In this document: piece after piece, positions 1 to 12,480 of the stretch
Numbering within the stretch: position 1 is the first letter of the stretch
Layout: each line of letters starts with the position of its first letter
Origin: the human T2T-CHM13v2.0 reference genome, Homo sapiens
Direction: 5' to 3' (one strand)
Assembly (NCBI RefSeq): GCF_009914755.1
Contig: NC_060926.1
Length of the DNA stretch: 64,000 nt
Made by a program: the position numbers and the translations under genes
Notes under the pieces: generated by a model
The model's input: only the letters and a program-made list of their open reading frames with translations
Database searches by the model: none
What the model was told of the DNA's origin: nothing

Positions 1-614
1 AAATAATTGAACAATATACCTGTGCTAATAATATTCAGTTTTAATTAGCTCCTAAATAGAATCAAAGCTAAAATGGATTTTGACGTACCCTTAACTGGAT
101 CTCAAATTAAGGAGAGATGAATTTGACTAAGAGAAGATTTTTACATTGTTGTCTATTACAGCTGAATTACCACTCTCTTTTGTCTGAAGAAAAATATTTT
201 CTTCTCAACGAGGTATATATTTTTAAGACTGAAGACAACTGAAGCTTACAGCATATAGTATTTGGTTAGATTTTTTTTTTTTTTGCTTTTTGACTGCAGT
301 TGCCAAACATTTGAGATTATAAAAACGATAGTACTACATAAAATAGACCTGCAGCAACACTGTTTATGGCACACGCAACAATATTATTTTCTGCTGTTTG
401 GTGTGCAGGAGTTGTAAATAGCAAAATGTGTAAGCCATTAAATCTAGTAGCAATAGGACTCAAAGCAAGGTTTATTATACCAGTGCCTGAAAAGCTTTAC
501 TTTTTATCTCTGTGTGTTAAATTTTCGTGTTTGCAACAGTATTTTAGCTCTGGAGCTATTTATCTGGTAGCATCTTTGAGAAAAAGGAAATGGACAGATG
601 TCCATAAACAAAGG

Positions 615-628
615 GCTCCACCTGGTGG
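615..628 (-). promoter_or_regulatory. CTCF-like motif
   Basis: Minus strand reads CCACCAGGTGGAGC, close to the CTCF core CCACCAG(G/A)(G/T)GGCGC. Motif match only. Confidence 0.5.
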
Positions 629-2154
629 TAAAGAGGAGGTATGAAATGTTGATGAAGAGAACTAATGCTGCAAAGGCAAACAGATGGAAGAGCAACGCGT
701 GTGCGTGTGTGTATGTCTCCTAAAATGAATATGTTTGAAGGAAAGAGAATGACAAAAGCCTCCAAATTTGGATTCCAGTGTGGATATAGGCTTACAGCTA
801 ACATTATTTGATTATTTCTTTCACATTCAGTCATTCCAATATGTTTACAAATTATTTTATTCAAAATACATACATCTGAACAGATATTAACAGATGACCC
901 TAACAGATACTAGGTACAATTGATGACAAACTATCCATATCATCTGATCATCTTAGGTTTTAGTAGAATGCCATCTAGTAGACAGATTTAAACAAAGAAA
1001 GCATTTGTTCCGACTCGAGGGCATCCTTTAGGTGGCTTTGTGGCTCACCTAGTTAGGAAGACCTGAAAAGGATGTGGTGCAGAGCTCCGGGGAGGGAAGC
1101 AAGGGTTTCAAATCCATGACTAAGAAACAGAAAATTGTTCATTTTAAAATGTCATCTGTGGCTGAAGTGTTGAAGAATTTGAATCTGCGTATTGTGATTC
1201 TTCCACCTTTTCAAACTCTAAAATTAGGCCAGGAATTACATATATCAAATACTATGCAAAATGTAAAACAGGCATGCCGTTTATGGCTCTCTACGTAAGG
1301 TGGAAATTAAATCTTCAGCCTCCAATAAAATTGTATTTCTGTAATAAAACTGCTGCACCTTGACTCTAGACTACATTGAATCCCAAATTAAACACTCCAT
1401 TTGCTGTACTGTAACAAGCAAAAGGGTTTGCTACACTGAACAATATTACAGATAGGAAAAACGTATTCTTTTTTGCTTTATCACCTATGTAGAGACCACG
1501 AAAACAGGCTAATTCCTCATCTCTTCTTTCTCAGAACACAACATGTTTTGATATGGGAAATTTTAAAATTCTATCTTTCATTGCTAAAATTTATATTTCT
1601 TCCTAATTCTATAAATCAGCATAGATGACTAGGCCTAAAAAAAGTCAACCAAGTAGGATATTTACTACAAAATGTCTACTGCATTTCATGGATAACTCAG
1701 GCTTATAAGCAGAAACAGCTGGTGTGCTAAAGGCTAGGTACATTTCTTTATGCATTATGTATAATTCCCCATAATGTACATGCAACATTCACTCCACATC
1801 CATATCTGAAGTGCACACATACTGCTACATGATCTATGAAAGTTTTAAACTTAGGATCTGTTAATACATATGTATTTATCTCACCCAGTGTTGATTTAGA
1901 AGAAATTAGACTGGATGTTCTTTTAAGCAGTCTAATTCTATAGTTTTTTTTTCCCTCACCACGCCATGGCCCAGCCAGCGCTGACTTCTGGCATTTGTAA
2001 AGTGTCTGTAATAGAAATGAAAGCCTACCCAGGGTGAGGAATAGAAAGCAATGAATACTAATGTTGCTTCTTCTTACCAACTAAAGTGCAGGCGAACAAG
2101 ACAGGAAGCTGTCTGTGCCTCTCTGTCTCGGCCGTCCTCCCTTGGCTCTGCCAA

Positions 2155-2170
2155 GCCACCCTCTAGTGGA
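2155..2170 (-). promoter_or_regulatory. CTCF-like motif
   Basis: Minus strand reads TCCACTAGAGGGTGGC (core CCACTAGAGGG) within a locally GC-rich patch. Confidence 0.4.
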
Positions 2171-3554
2171 CTGAGGGGGGAATTTCCTTTCCTGGCTGCC
2201 TCACTCGGCTATTCATTTGATAAATGAGCTCCCCTCCCCCTCTCTCAGGAGATGGTAGATATTATTAACCTTCAAGCACGATACAGCGAGATGAATGTTA
2301 ATCATGAAGGGATTTCTCATCAAGTTTAATGGTGTAAGACATAGAGAAGTTGTGTTAGCAGTTTCAATCCTGCTAAAAATGCTAATTGTTATGTTTCATA
2401 TGATAGGTGAGGATAATAGGAAAATGGCAACAGCTTCAGCGTTTCCATTTGGAAGTTGTTGCCCATAATTTTGAGGCAAATATAGAGGAAAAGATTACGG
2501 TCCTTAGTATGAATGACTTGTGAAGAGGCTAATTTAGGGCTGCTTCTTTGGAGACATTGGAGATTTGAGGCTTGACATCTACTGAGCTCAAGAAAAGAGA
2601 ATTTTCTGCTGGGAAGAACTAAAGCCAAAAGAAGAAATTTTGGACCTAGAAAGAACATGAGTCTATGGTAAGGGATACAAGGTTATAGTGTTGAGTACTG
2701 ATCTTTTGAGCACTTTCTGTCTTCTACATTTTTCTCTGTGTTTCACTGGCACTTTTGCCAACATGTAGAGGTAATCTTTTTTTTAAAGCAGTTATTTCAT
2801 CCTGACCTAGGAATCATAGTAAGTGCACTTAGGAGTCCTAGATGAACCCCAAGAGAAATGCCATTTTTGTTTTTCTCAACATGTCCCTTTCCTTGCCCCA
2901 TGAGTTGTTACCCATGCTCTGGCATAAGGACACCCTACTGTCCCCAGCTTCAATGACCCCAGTCTTGCAGAGTTGGCTTCTCATGTAGCTCTGTTGTTTG
3001 TCCTGGTCCCTAACTGTTTGAGCTGGGGTTCTTTCGGGGCACATACACACACAAGTGGGGATCCTGGAATGTTATATGAGCAATGTCTTCAGTGTATACT
3101 TTTACTTGACTTTGATTACCCTAAATTCTATTGCTCAACCCTAAACTTCTATAGTAGCTCATGGTGTTACCTGTGAATGAACTGGAAAGCATTTTGCTGC
3201 AAGGAAGCTTATCAGTTGAATGTGGGCCTTGAAAAATTTCCTTGTAATTTCATAGTTTATGTGTTCAGTTTGACTTTAGAAAGCATCTAAATGATAAATG
3301 CAAATTCAAAAATAATCCATTAAGGATATGAGCCTATGTGGATATGGACCTTTTTAACTGTATTGTCCCAGTTTTCATATGTAGCTTTTGTCATCATTTT
3401 TTTACAGACTCCTATAAAATGGAGTCAACATAGAGAAAATATGTGATTCTCCAGGTGCTAACATGAGATGGGATATCAATGACTAACATTATTTTCCCAT
3501 CAATAATGATAATTATACTAATTAGTCCAGGCATCACACCTGTGTAAAATCCCT

Positions 3555-3660
3555 ATCCCTATTTTACAGATGAAGTCACTGAGACACCAAAGGTTAATTG
3601 CTTGCCCAAAGCCATGTAGCAACTTGGTGAGTACCAGTATTTAAAATCTTACACTCTTGC
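3555..3660 (-). mobile_element. MIR SINE fragment
   Basis: attttacagatgaagtcactgagac...ggttaattgcttgcccaaagcc matches the reverse MIR core. Confidence 0.7.
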
Positions 3661-4518
3661 TTCCTTAACAATGGAACAAAGTTATTGCTTGTATCACAGG
3701 AGATTGGTGTCAATGAACAATGGAGCAAAGGGGTCACATATTGCTTGTTTTAAAATTGTAGACTCTTTCTCATATTAATGGAGTCCTTTACTGTGTTTTC
3801 CAGGTTGAAGTTACTTTAGTGTCGAAAGCTCCACATATGTGCTTTTCGCAAAATCAATAGTCACCCCATGCAAACGAAGAGATGGTAATTAGAGATGGGA
3901 CAGACCCCAACATATCCTTCATTTGAAGATAGAATAAATTCAGCAAGATACCTAATTATTATCATCATCTTTCACAAAAACATATGTGATTTTTCCCCCC
4001 TACCCAAATGTTTTAGTGAAAACTGCAACTGTGCATTAAAAGGCAGTTTTGCATGCATATATTCAGAGAACAATATGGAGAATCTATCCCTTGGGATAAA
4101 AAAAAAAACACCCAGCAACAACAAACTTGAAAACAGATGGTTCTGATACAGTCTGATAAGAATGTAAACAAGAAAATCTTTGTTGACTTATTTCATAGTA
4201 ATCAGTAATAATTAGTTATTGTCTAGAGGTGAGTTACAAATTTCACAAGCATGGCCACGAACAGCCTCTGAAAAGTGAAGCTAAATTTGTGACATCAGTG
4301 AGGAATTACTGACCCCTGCTGAACCCTCCTTATTAACATTTTTCTTGATTGACATAAAGGAATGAAACCCTGGAAGAGGATAATTTCTGCATTCTTTGTT
4401 TTTTCTTTTGTCATCATTTGATTTAGAGATATTAGACCCCTCTGACTAATCCATGAATTTTAAGTTCTTTGAAAAAGAACTTAAATTTTCTCTACAGCTT
4501 AGAGAACTAAAGCTCTCT

Positions 4519-4665
4519 TTCCTTCCGTTTTTCCTTCCTTCCTTCCTTCCTTCCTTCCTTCCTTCCTTCCTTCCTTCCTTTCTTCCTTTTTTCTTCCCTC
4601 CCTCCCTTCTTTCCTTCCTTCCTTCCTTCCTTCCTTCCTTCCTTCCTTCCTTCCTTCCTTCCTTC
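4519..4665. repeat. (TTCC)n / (GGAA)n microsatellite, two pure blocks
   Basis: (TTCC)12 at 4531-4578 and (TTCC)13 at 4611-4662, separated by a degenerate pyrimidine spacer. Confidence 0.98.
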
Positions 4666-4742
4666 ATGGGGTCCACAGTTTAGTTGGAGAGGCAAGTTTG
4701 TAAAAAAATAACTATCACCCAGTTTGTTAAGAAGTGGGCAAG

Positions 4743-5303
<561 letters not shown>

Positions 5304-5694
5304 TTAGACCAGGTATTATGTAGTGCTATTACCAAGTCCTGACTGCAGAGATCACCAGGCTGTTGACTATGACATCCTGAGTGAATAATGAAAATTTAAA
5401 CTGCTGGCTAATTCTTTGGATCAGGTGATTGTACACCATCAGTTGTGTGGGTAGCATGCAGACAAGATCATGGTATCCTGCCATGATCCAAAAGTTTGGA
5501 GAGGTGCCCTTCTTTTACAATACTTGTAATAGAAAACTTAGGCTGTATTCCTCCATGATAACGTGCCTTTGGAAAGAGTAGTCCCTTCTTTAATATGTAA
5601 TTCAGCCATCTGAAAATACTTGTTATTAAAATAAAATAATACAAATAGTCTATGACAAATAGTCTAGGCAGTGCATCCTGGAAACCCTTGGCTT

Positions 5695-5890
5695 TTATTC
5701 AACAATATTCAAGAGCTGTTTAGTCAGTGCTTGTAACTTGTCAGACACTACTAGGCACGTGAATTAAGAGAATGAATGCTCTATGTAACTTCTCCTTTAT
5801 AGAACACAAAATCTGGTTGGGAAGGACAATATCAAACAGAAAATTACCCAAATTGTTTATTAATGAAAATGTGATAAGTGCTATTGGAAG
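5695..5890 (-). mobile_element. L2 LINE 3' fragment
   Basis: attcaacaatatt...gtcagacactactaggcac...gtgataagtgctat resembles the reverse L2 3' end. Confidence 0.55.
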
Positions 5891-5899
5891 CAATAGATG

Positions 5900-6285
5900 C
5901 TGTTGTTTTGTCTACCCTGATTCTATTCTTCCGGTGACAGCATCTTGATTTTGTTTTGAGAACTATCCTTCACCATTGCATGCAACCTTGATGAGACTCT
6001 TAGTCGAGGGGCACTGCCCCTACCTAGTTTGTGATTCAAGCTGGGCCAGTAAGATGCCCTTTTCCAGTAATGAGTGCACTCTCTCGCTCACTCGCTCTCT
6101 CTCTCTCTCTAGTTTAATAGTATAAAGATCTTCAAAGTTTGTATTTACGTTGGTCAAAAGTAATTGCGTTTTTTACCATTGCTTTTAATGTTTAATCCTT
6201 AGCTTTTCCTTTGAGTTGAGAGTGACCCTTATATCCTTCCAACAAATTTCTTAAGTTAATCTGTTAAATTAACTGCTTGTAACCA
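5900..6285 (+). mobile_element. Old ERVL/MaLR-type LTR (LTR16/LTR33-like), interrupted by (CT)n and MADE1
   Basis: gtgattcaagctgggccagtaag and the terminal ccttccaacaaatttcttaag...gcttgtaacca resemble ERVL-class LTR motifs. Confidence 0.4.
6145..6190 (+). mobile_element. MADE1 (mariner MITE), one arm only
   Basis: ttacgttggtcaaaagtaattgcgttttttaccattgcttttaatg matches the first half of the 80-bp palindromic MADE1. Confidence 0.8.
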
Positions 6286-6479
6286 GTTGTAGTATTTATA
6301 GCACTGCCTAAAAATCCAGGACTCAAATAACAGGTAAACTAAATTGTGGCATGATTTTGAGAGTTTGTTAGAGTTTAAGAGAATGTATTTTACTGACTGT
6401 GATGCTTAGAACATTCTATTTTGAATAGCATGAGTTGGTGACAGAGGATTAATTTTCTTCCTGTATCTGTAATAAATAA

Positions 6480-6930
6480 CATTTCCATAATATCAGTAGT
6501 CATAATATCTATAAAACAAAATATAAATATTATAAACTTTGACAGTATAGAGCTATACCCTGACAGAAGTCCAGAGATGATGAGGTATGTTAACTTTCTT
6601 ATCTGAGAGTATTAAGGTCAATAACTCTTTTCTAAAGCTGCTAGATCCAGAAATGAATACATCTATCCAACTGAAGAACTAAAAAATCATGAGTTAGCCC
6701 AAATTGGGGAGCAGGTGGGGAGGGAAGGAAGGCATATAAATGAATGAAATTCTTCATCTTTCATGCAGAGAAGTCAGCAGGTACTGGCTACCTAAGACTG
6801 AAAAATCAAGAAAGAGAGATGCAGGCATATTATTTATTTGGAGTTAAAAGTAGAAACCACTGGAAGAAATAAAATGTAAGTTTATTAATAATGACTTCCT
6901 TTGGAGAATAGATGGTAGGAGAAGGGTCTA
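6480..6930 (+). mobile_element. Old L1 (L1MC/L1ME-class) 3' region fragment
   Basis: aaattcttcatctttcatgcagagaagtcag...gaaaaatcaagaaa...gaaaccactggaagaa resembles old L1M 3' UTR sequence. Confidence 0.45.
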
Positions 6931-6959
6931 GATAGAGGGTATAATTTGACACAAACTTG

Positions 6960-7555
6960 GCTGCAGAAGATCTGGCATTCCAGAAATATATGCGTCATTA
7001 ACCTAGTGATGGCATTAAGAAAGCGATATTATCCCGGGCTGTGTTAAGACAAGTATTATTTGCAGCTAGGAAATAACCCTTGTGTCAAATTTATTGTAGG
7101 TTGGGCTTTTATTTGAATATTACACTTTGGGTCTGTAACTTAAAACATATGCAGGAAAATTGCATAGAATCCACGTATAGAAGAGGAAAATGATGACAGG
7201 GATTGGAGACTATGTACACAAGGAAAGGAGGTGGGTTGTTTATTCTGGAGAAGAGAAGGCTGAAGGGAGACAAAATTAACAACCTATGGGCAGTGAGGTG
7301 GAACTCTGCAGAACACCAGTCAACCTTCTCCATCTCACTGGACTGAACAGAAGAAAATGGGTTTAGACTGCATCAGGAGAAAATGTGTTTTTAAGACACA
7401 GGAAGACTTGATGACCTGTGGTTGTGACTGAACGTGGGAACAGGATGCCCTAAGAACTTTTGGAGTACTTTAGAAATAAGATAGAAATATTCATTTTCAA
7501 AATAAGGGTTTGTATTAGACTTGAGGTCCCTTTAGATACAGTAACCACATTCTAT
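6960..7555 (+). mobile_element. CR1/L3 LINE 3' fragment
   Basis: gggttgtttattctggagaagagaaggctgaagggagac, agaagaaaatgggtttagactgcatcaggag and the terminal tgaggtcccttt are CR1/L3 hallmarks. Confidence 0.7.
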
Positions 7556-8762
7556 AGTTGGATGTCTGTGAACTTACATATGGAGAAAGGTTAATGATCA
7601 AGTGGTCTAAATAGTCTCACCTTGGCTGTGATTCCCAGGTAATATCTCATTAGGGAAAAAAAATCAATATTCACATTTTTTTTCTTTAAAGTACTGTGCT
7701 ATCTACTGGTTCTTTTAAAATATATATGCATGCACATATATATATATAACTGTGTATCATATTTTAAGGGAAATTCATATAGTCTTAGGAGCAATAGTTA
7801 TCATATTCAAAGTTTGTACCATTAAAATATTTATGGTTTATTTTTCTAACAAAAGCAATAAGATTTTGATGCTGAAAATCTTCAAAAACACAAAAAGCAC
7901 AGGAAATACCTTTTTTTTCATTAAAATGTGAGCAAGCAAAAAAAAAACATACAAACAAATTTGGTCCTGTCTTATCATGACTGCTGCTAAGGCGGTCCAG
8001 CTGGGTTTCCCTGTAGCCAGAATCTGGTCCCCTATGCTCATCCTTTCAAGAAGGAAGTGTGAGTGCCTGATTAGCTGTGTCTTTATCTTTCCTCCTCACT
8101 GCAATTGGATCGCACTTACCCAGTCTCTCACACTTATGTATTGAAACAATTATTAGAAATGTGGTGATGGAGTATTGACTTACCTGGCACCTAAGTCGAG
8201 GTTAATCCCTTTTGAAAGCTGGTTGTATAATCTGTGCCTGGGCAGCTGTAGCCCTGGCAAGTTTAGTTAAGACACTAAAATGAACATCTGGATGTTGGTT
8301 CAGGCATTTGTATTCAACACCTGGATAGGATTCTTCAACTTTGGTCTTTGGGTCTGAAGAAAACCCCTATCTACGTAAAGCTCGTGGTTGCTTGAGATTT
8401 GGTGTGGGAGGGCAGAAAGGGAGGAGTGAAGGGAATGACTATTGGTTCCTTAACCAATAGAGGCTGCCACAACAGGATTCCTGAGCTAAAGGAAGTTTGA
8501 AAATTTCAGACCATGCTGATCGCAGGTGATAGACACCTTGCGGGCCAACTCTTCCTATCCATGCATACACTTGAGTGATGGACAGACATACCTCATTTTA
8601 TTGCACTTTGCTTTGTTGTGCTTCACAGATTTTTTTTATGGTATCTGTTATGGTGATCTTGTGATCAGTGGGTCTTTGATGTTTCTATTGTAGTTATTTT
8701 GGGGCACCACTAACTGTGCCCATATGAAATGGCAAGCTTAACTCTTAAGTGTTGGGTGTGTT

Positions 8763-8978
8763 GTAACAATATATTGTATGTTTTGAAGTAGCTAGAAGAG
8801 AGGACTCGAGATGTTGCCAACACATAGAAAGGATAAATACTTGAGGTGATGTGATGGAGACCCTAAATACCTGACTTGATCATTCATTATATTATACATA
8901 CTATGCACATAACGAAATATGAAATACCACACATACCCCATAAATATGTACAAATACTATGTATCAATAAAAAAAAAA
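8763..8978 (+). mobile_element. L1MA-class (L1MA4-like) 3' end with polyA
   Basis: tagctagaagagaggac...ccccataaatatgtacaaatactatgtatcAATAAA followed by an A run ending at 8978. Confidence 0.88.
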
Positions 8979-8994
8979 TGTGATTATTCAAAAG

Positions 8995-9436
8995 TAGGTC
9001 CAGCCTCAGGCATGGTTAATCGGGCTCCAGCTCCTTTGCTCTGAGGTTCTCTTTATTCTCTTTATTCTTCGCTCTTCCACATATCAGCCTCATTTTCAGG
9101 CTGACTCTTCTCATGGTCACAAGAAAGCTGCTGTAAACTCTGGGGCTGCAGCTTCCCCATTCACCTACAGGATAGAAACTGCTGGTTCCCACAATCAGAG
9201 AACAAGTTCCTGAGGTTTGCTCTGACCGGACTGATGCAAACTGCAAACCAAGCACAGCGGCAGGTGGGATAAGACGATGAAGATTGCCTTAGACTAGCAG
9301 GGCCCTCCTCTGAAACTGATGACGGGGTCAGTCTCACCTAAACCCCATGACTGCTGTACAACAAAGGAAAATCTGGAATTAATAATAGGGTGGAGGGAGA
9401 ATGGATCCTGGGAGAACAACCAAGAAATGTCCACAG
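8995..9436 (-). mobile_element. MLT1K/L-like MaLR LTR fragment (inside the transduced segment)
   Basis: cctcaggcatgg, cctcattttcaggctgactct, ggggtcagtctcacctaaacc and aaaggaaaatc...gaatggatcctggg...aaatgtccaca are collinear with the reverse of old MLT1 LTRs. Confidence 0.65.
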
Positions 9437-10849
9437 TCTTTTGGGCTCTGGGTAAGGCTTCCTGACTGGGAAGTCCCTGGGAAGGTAGAATGCTTCTTAA
9501 CGATGGAGACAGAAGATTCCCATCAGACGGGTCAGGTGTCAGGGGCTGGGTGTCAGACAATTTGATTAAAGAAAATAAATAAATGGGTAGTTCTTGTGAA
9601 AAAAATGTTGTGTGTATTCTGACTGCTCCACTGATTGGCCCGTTCTCCAGTCCCTCTCCCTCTACTGGAGCCTCCCTATTCCCTGAGATACAACAATATT
9701 CAAATTAGGCTAATTAATGACCTACAGTGGCCTCTAAGTGTTAAAGTGAAAGGAAGAGTCACATGTTCCTCCCTTTAAATCAAAAGCTAGAAATGATTAG
9801 TGAGGAAGCCATGTTGAAAGTTGAGACAGGCCAAAAGCTAGGCCTCTTGTGCCAAACAGTTAGCCAAGTTGTGGATGCAAAGGAAAAGTTCTTGAAGGAC
9901 GTGAAAAGTGCTACTCTAGTGAACACATGAATGATAAGAAAATGAAACAGCCTTATTGCTGATAGGGGAAAGTTTGAGTGGTCTGGGTAGAAGATCACTT
10001 CAGCCACAACATTCCCTTAAGCCAAAGTCTAATCCAGAACAAGGCCCTAACTGTCTTTAATTCTGTGAAGAGCATGTGTAGTGCATGCTACAGAGAAATC
10101 TTTCATGAAAGAGTCAATGGATATGGCAAACTTCATTGCTGTCTTATTTTAAGAAATTGCCACAGCCACCCCAGCCTTCAAAATCCACCACCCTGGTTAG
10201 TCAGCAGCCATCAACATCAAGGCAAGACCCTTCAATGGCAAAAAGATTACAACTCACTGAAGGCTCAGATGATTGTTAGCTTTTTTTTTTTTAATTTTAG
10301 CAATAAAGTATTTTTAAATTAAGGTGTGTATGTTGTGCTATTAGACATAATGCTATTGCATACTTAGTAGACCACAGAAGAGTATAAATATAACTTTTAT
10401 GTGTTTGGGAAACCAAAAAATGTGTGTGATTTGTGTTATTGCAGTGGCCTAGTACCCAATCCACAATACCGCCTATGCATGTCTGCATTCCTCTCATCTC
10501 CTATCAGTGCACTTCTCACTCTAGCCAGCACCTCTTTCCATTCTTCTTGAACCCTTGCGTCAGAATTATGCTCTGGTTCTCTTAATTTTCCCTGGAAAAG
10601 AGACGCTTTCTCTGTAACTCTCCTATGAATCAAATGGCGATAAGGAAGAGGTAGGAGCTGTGGCTTTCATTTATTTCGCTGCTACTCCAACATGCTTAAA
10701 TTTTTAACCCTTCTGCCCACTCACTATTTGCTGGTTACAGAGGTAGAACGCACATCTGTTCTGCGCAAACACATGAATACACATCATATAGTCACTCCCC
10801 AGCTCTGCATACTGAGCTCAAAGAATTTCAGAGCTAGAAGGAAGCAATA

Positions 10850-10980
10850 CAATTTTAAGCTTTTAATTTGTAGTTGAAAAATCAAGACCCAGAAAGACTG
10901 GATGTATTGCCCAAGACCATATAGCTACTTACTGCAGATCTAAGACTAGACCCCAGGTCATTTATTTCCTAGGATCCTGG
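10850..10980 (-). mobile_element. MIR fragment
   Basis: ttgcccaagaccatatagcta...gactagaccccagg. Confidence 0.55.
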
Positions 10981-12384
10981 TGCTTCCTCCAGAAAGGATG
11001 GTCCGAGACGCCAACAGCAGCTGGATGTTCTCATCAGTCCTCCCTGTTCTGTTCTGCTCTGAAGTTGTCAGAGGCATGGAAGTATTCCCTGATGAGCCAC
11101 TGGTTCCCACAGTTGATAGTCTAATATTTAAGAAAAGCCACTATTATGAGGTCTTTCCTGTAACTTAGCATGGTTACTAAATAGACCTGTAGCACTAATA
11201 TTTACATAGTAACCAGTGGCTTACAGAAGAAAGTATATGCAGACAGAAGTTACTTTTTTATGACACCAGTTAATTCTGTCTCTCATTTTAGTTTTTAAAA
11301 ATCTCAAAAAGCAAATGATTCTTGCTCATTTAGTTTCAGTTTTCTTGTCTATAAAATAAAGCAATATGAGATGGTCTTTAAGATCCTTTCAAAACCCCAA
11401 AAACGTGGATATCTACATTTGGATTTTCTGAAGAGCTAAGATTTGGGTACTTTACCTTAATTTTGAATACTTCATAATGAAGCCTTTCTAAAGTATTCTC
11501 CTTCACCTGCTGTCATACACAGTGTAGGCAAAACACTGTGAATCTTTTCTTGGTGGGCCAGGATCAGGTGTATGGGAACACCCGTGGGGCTGAATTCTGC
11601 ACCAGTGGCGATGTCCTCAGGGATTAAAACAACATTCAGACCACTGGCTTTTTGAGTTATTGTATCAGAAGTGATATATTCCGAAAAAGCAGAACAACAA
11701 CAAGCAGATAAGTAAGATAAGTGAAAAAGGCTCAAAGGCCGCTAATGAGTGGGAAAATTGGCCAGTGGCTAAAAGCCAAGTGCCTTCTTGCAACTAAAAT
11801 GTCTTCATTATTTTTTCTGCCACTGAAAAAGGTAGAACAGAACATCTATACTTACCTCCTGAGCAGCTTTCTGACTGGAAGGAACATGAAGAGGCAGACA
11901 CATGTGAGCTTTAGAGGGTAGGGAGCCGTCAGGAGGATGAGGGTTGCTTCCAGGGTGGAGAAGAGGCTCCTAGGGGTGAATGGCTTGTTGTCCAGTTATA
12001 TTGTCAACCAGGGTTTGTGACAGCCTGGCTCACTCATATAGAATTTTTACACATAATATAATTCACAGGACTTTAAGTTCCCAAATATCCTCTGTCATCA
12101 ACAGTTGATTCTAATCTTTTGTTCTAGGAGCTGCATGACCTCCTCCCACCACTCCTGATGTTACTTGTGTGAAGAAATGATTTGATATGCTCTCTCCTTA
12201 GCAGGGGGTTGGGAGGGGTGGACACTGAGGACCAGGACAGCAAAATATTATCCTCTAGTCGTATCTCAAATCTGTATCTGTCTGTGACACAGCCAATCCA
12301 CTCGATCTAGTTATTTTCACAATTTTACATTAGCTCCAGTTATAGAAGCTTGAAAACATTAAAGATATTCTTTACACTGTATAT

Positions 12385-12480
12385 AGAAAACAGATATATA
12401 TATATAATTCATATATTATATGCAATATATGCATATTTAATATGATATATATATCGATCTGTCTGTCTATATATCTCTCT
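12385..12480. repeat. TA-rich low-complexity tract
   Basis: Degenerate (TA)n grading into (TCTG)/(TC). Confidence 0.7.

Larger units (their letters stand above)
8583..10485 (+). mobile_element. Tigger1 DNA transposon, internally deleted and split by an insertion at 8763-9602
   Basis: 5' end cagacatacctcattttattgcactttgc. Decayed transposase start from ~9729 (gtggcctctaagtgttaaagtgaaaggaagagtc...aatcaaaagctagaaatgatt). Jumps to the 3' region at ~10070. 3' end gcagtggcctagtacccaatccacaat...atgtctg. Terminal inverted match cagacat/atgtctg. Confidence 0.92.

Noticed and set aside
9729-10322. Tigger1 transposase as a coding or domesticated gene
   Set aside because: It is disrupted and missing most of the catalytic region; the listed ORFs do not give a continuous transposase.
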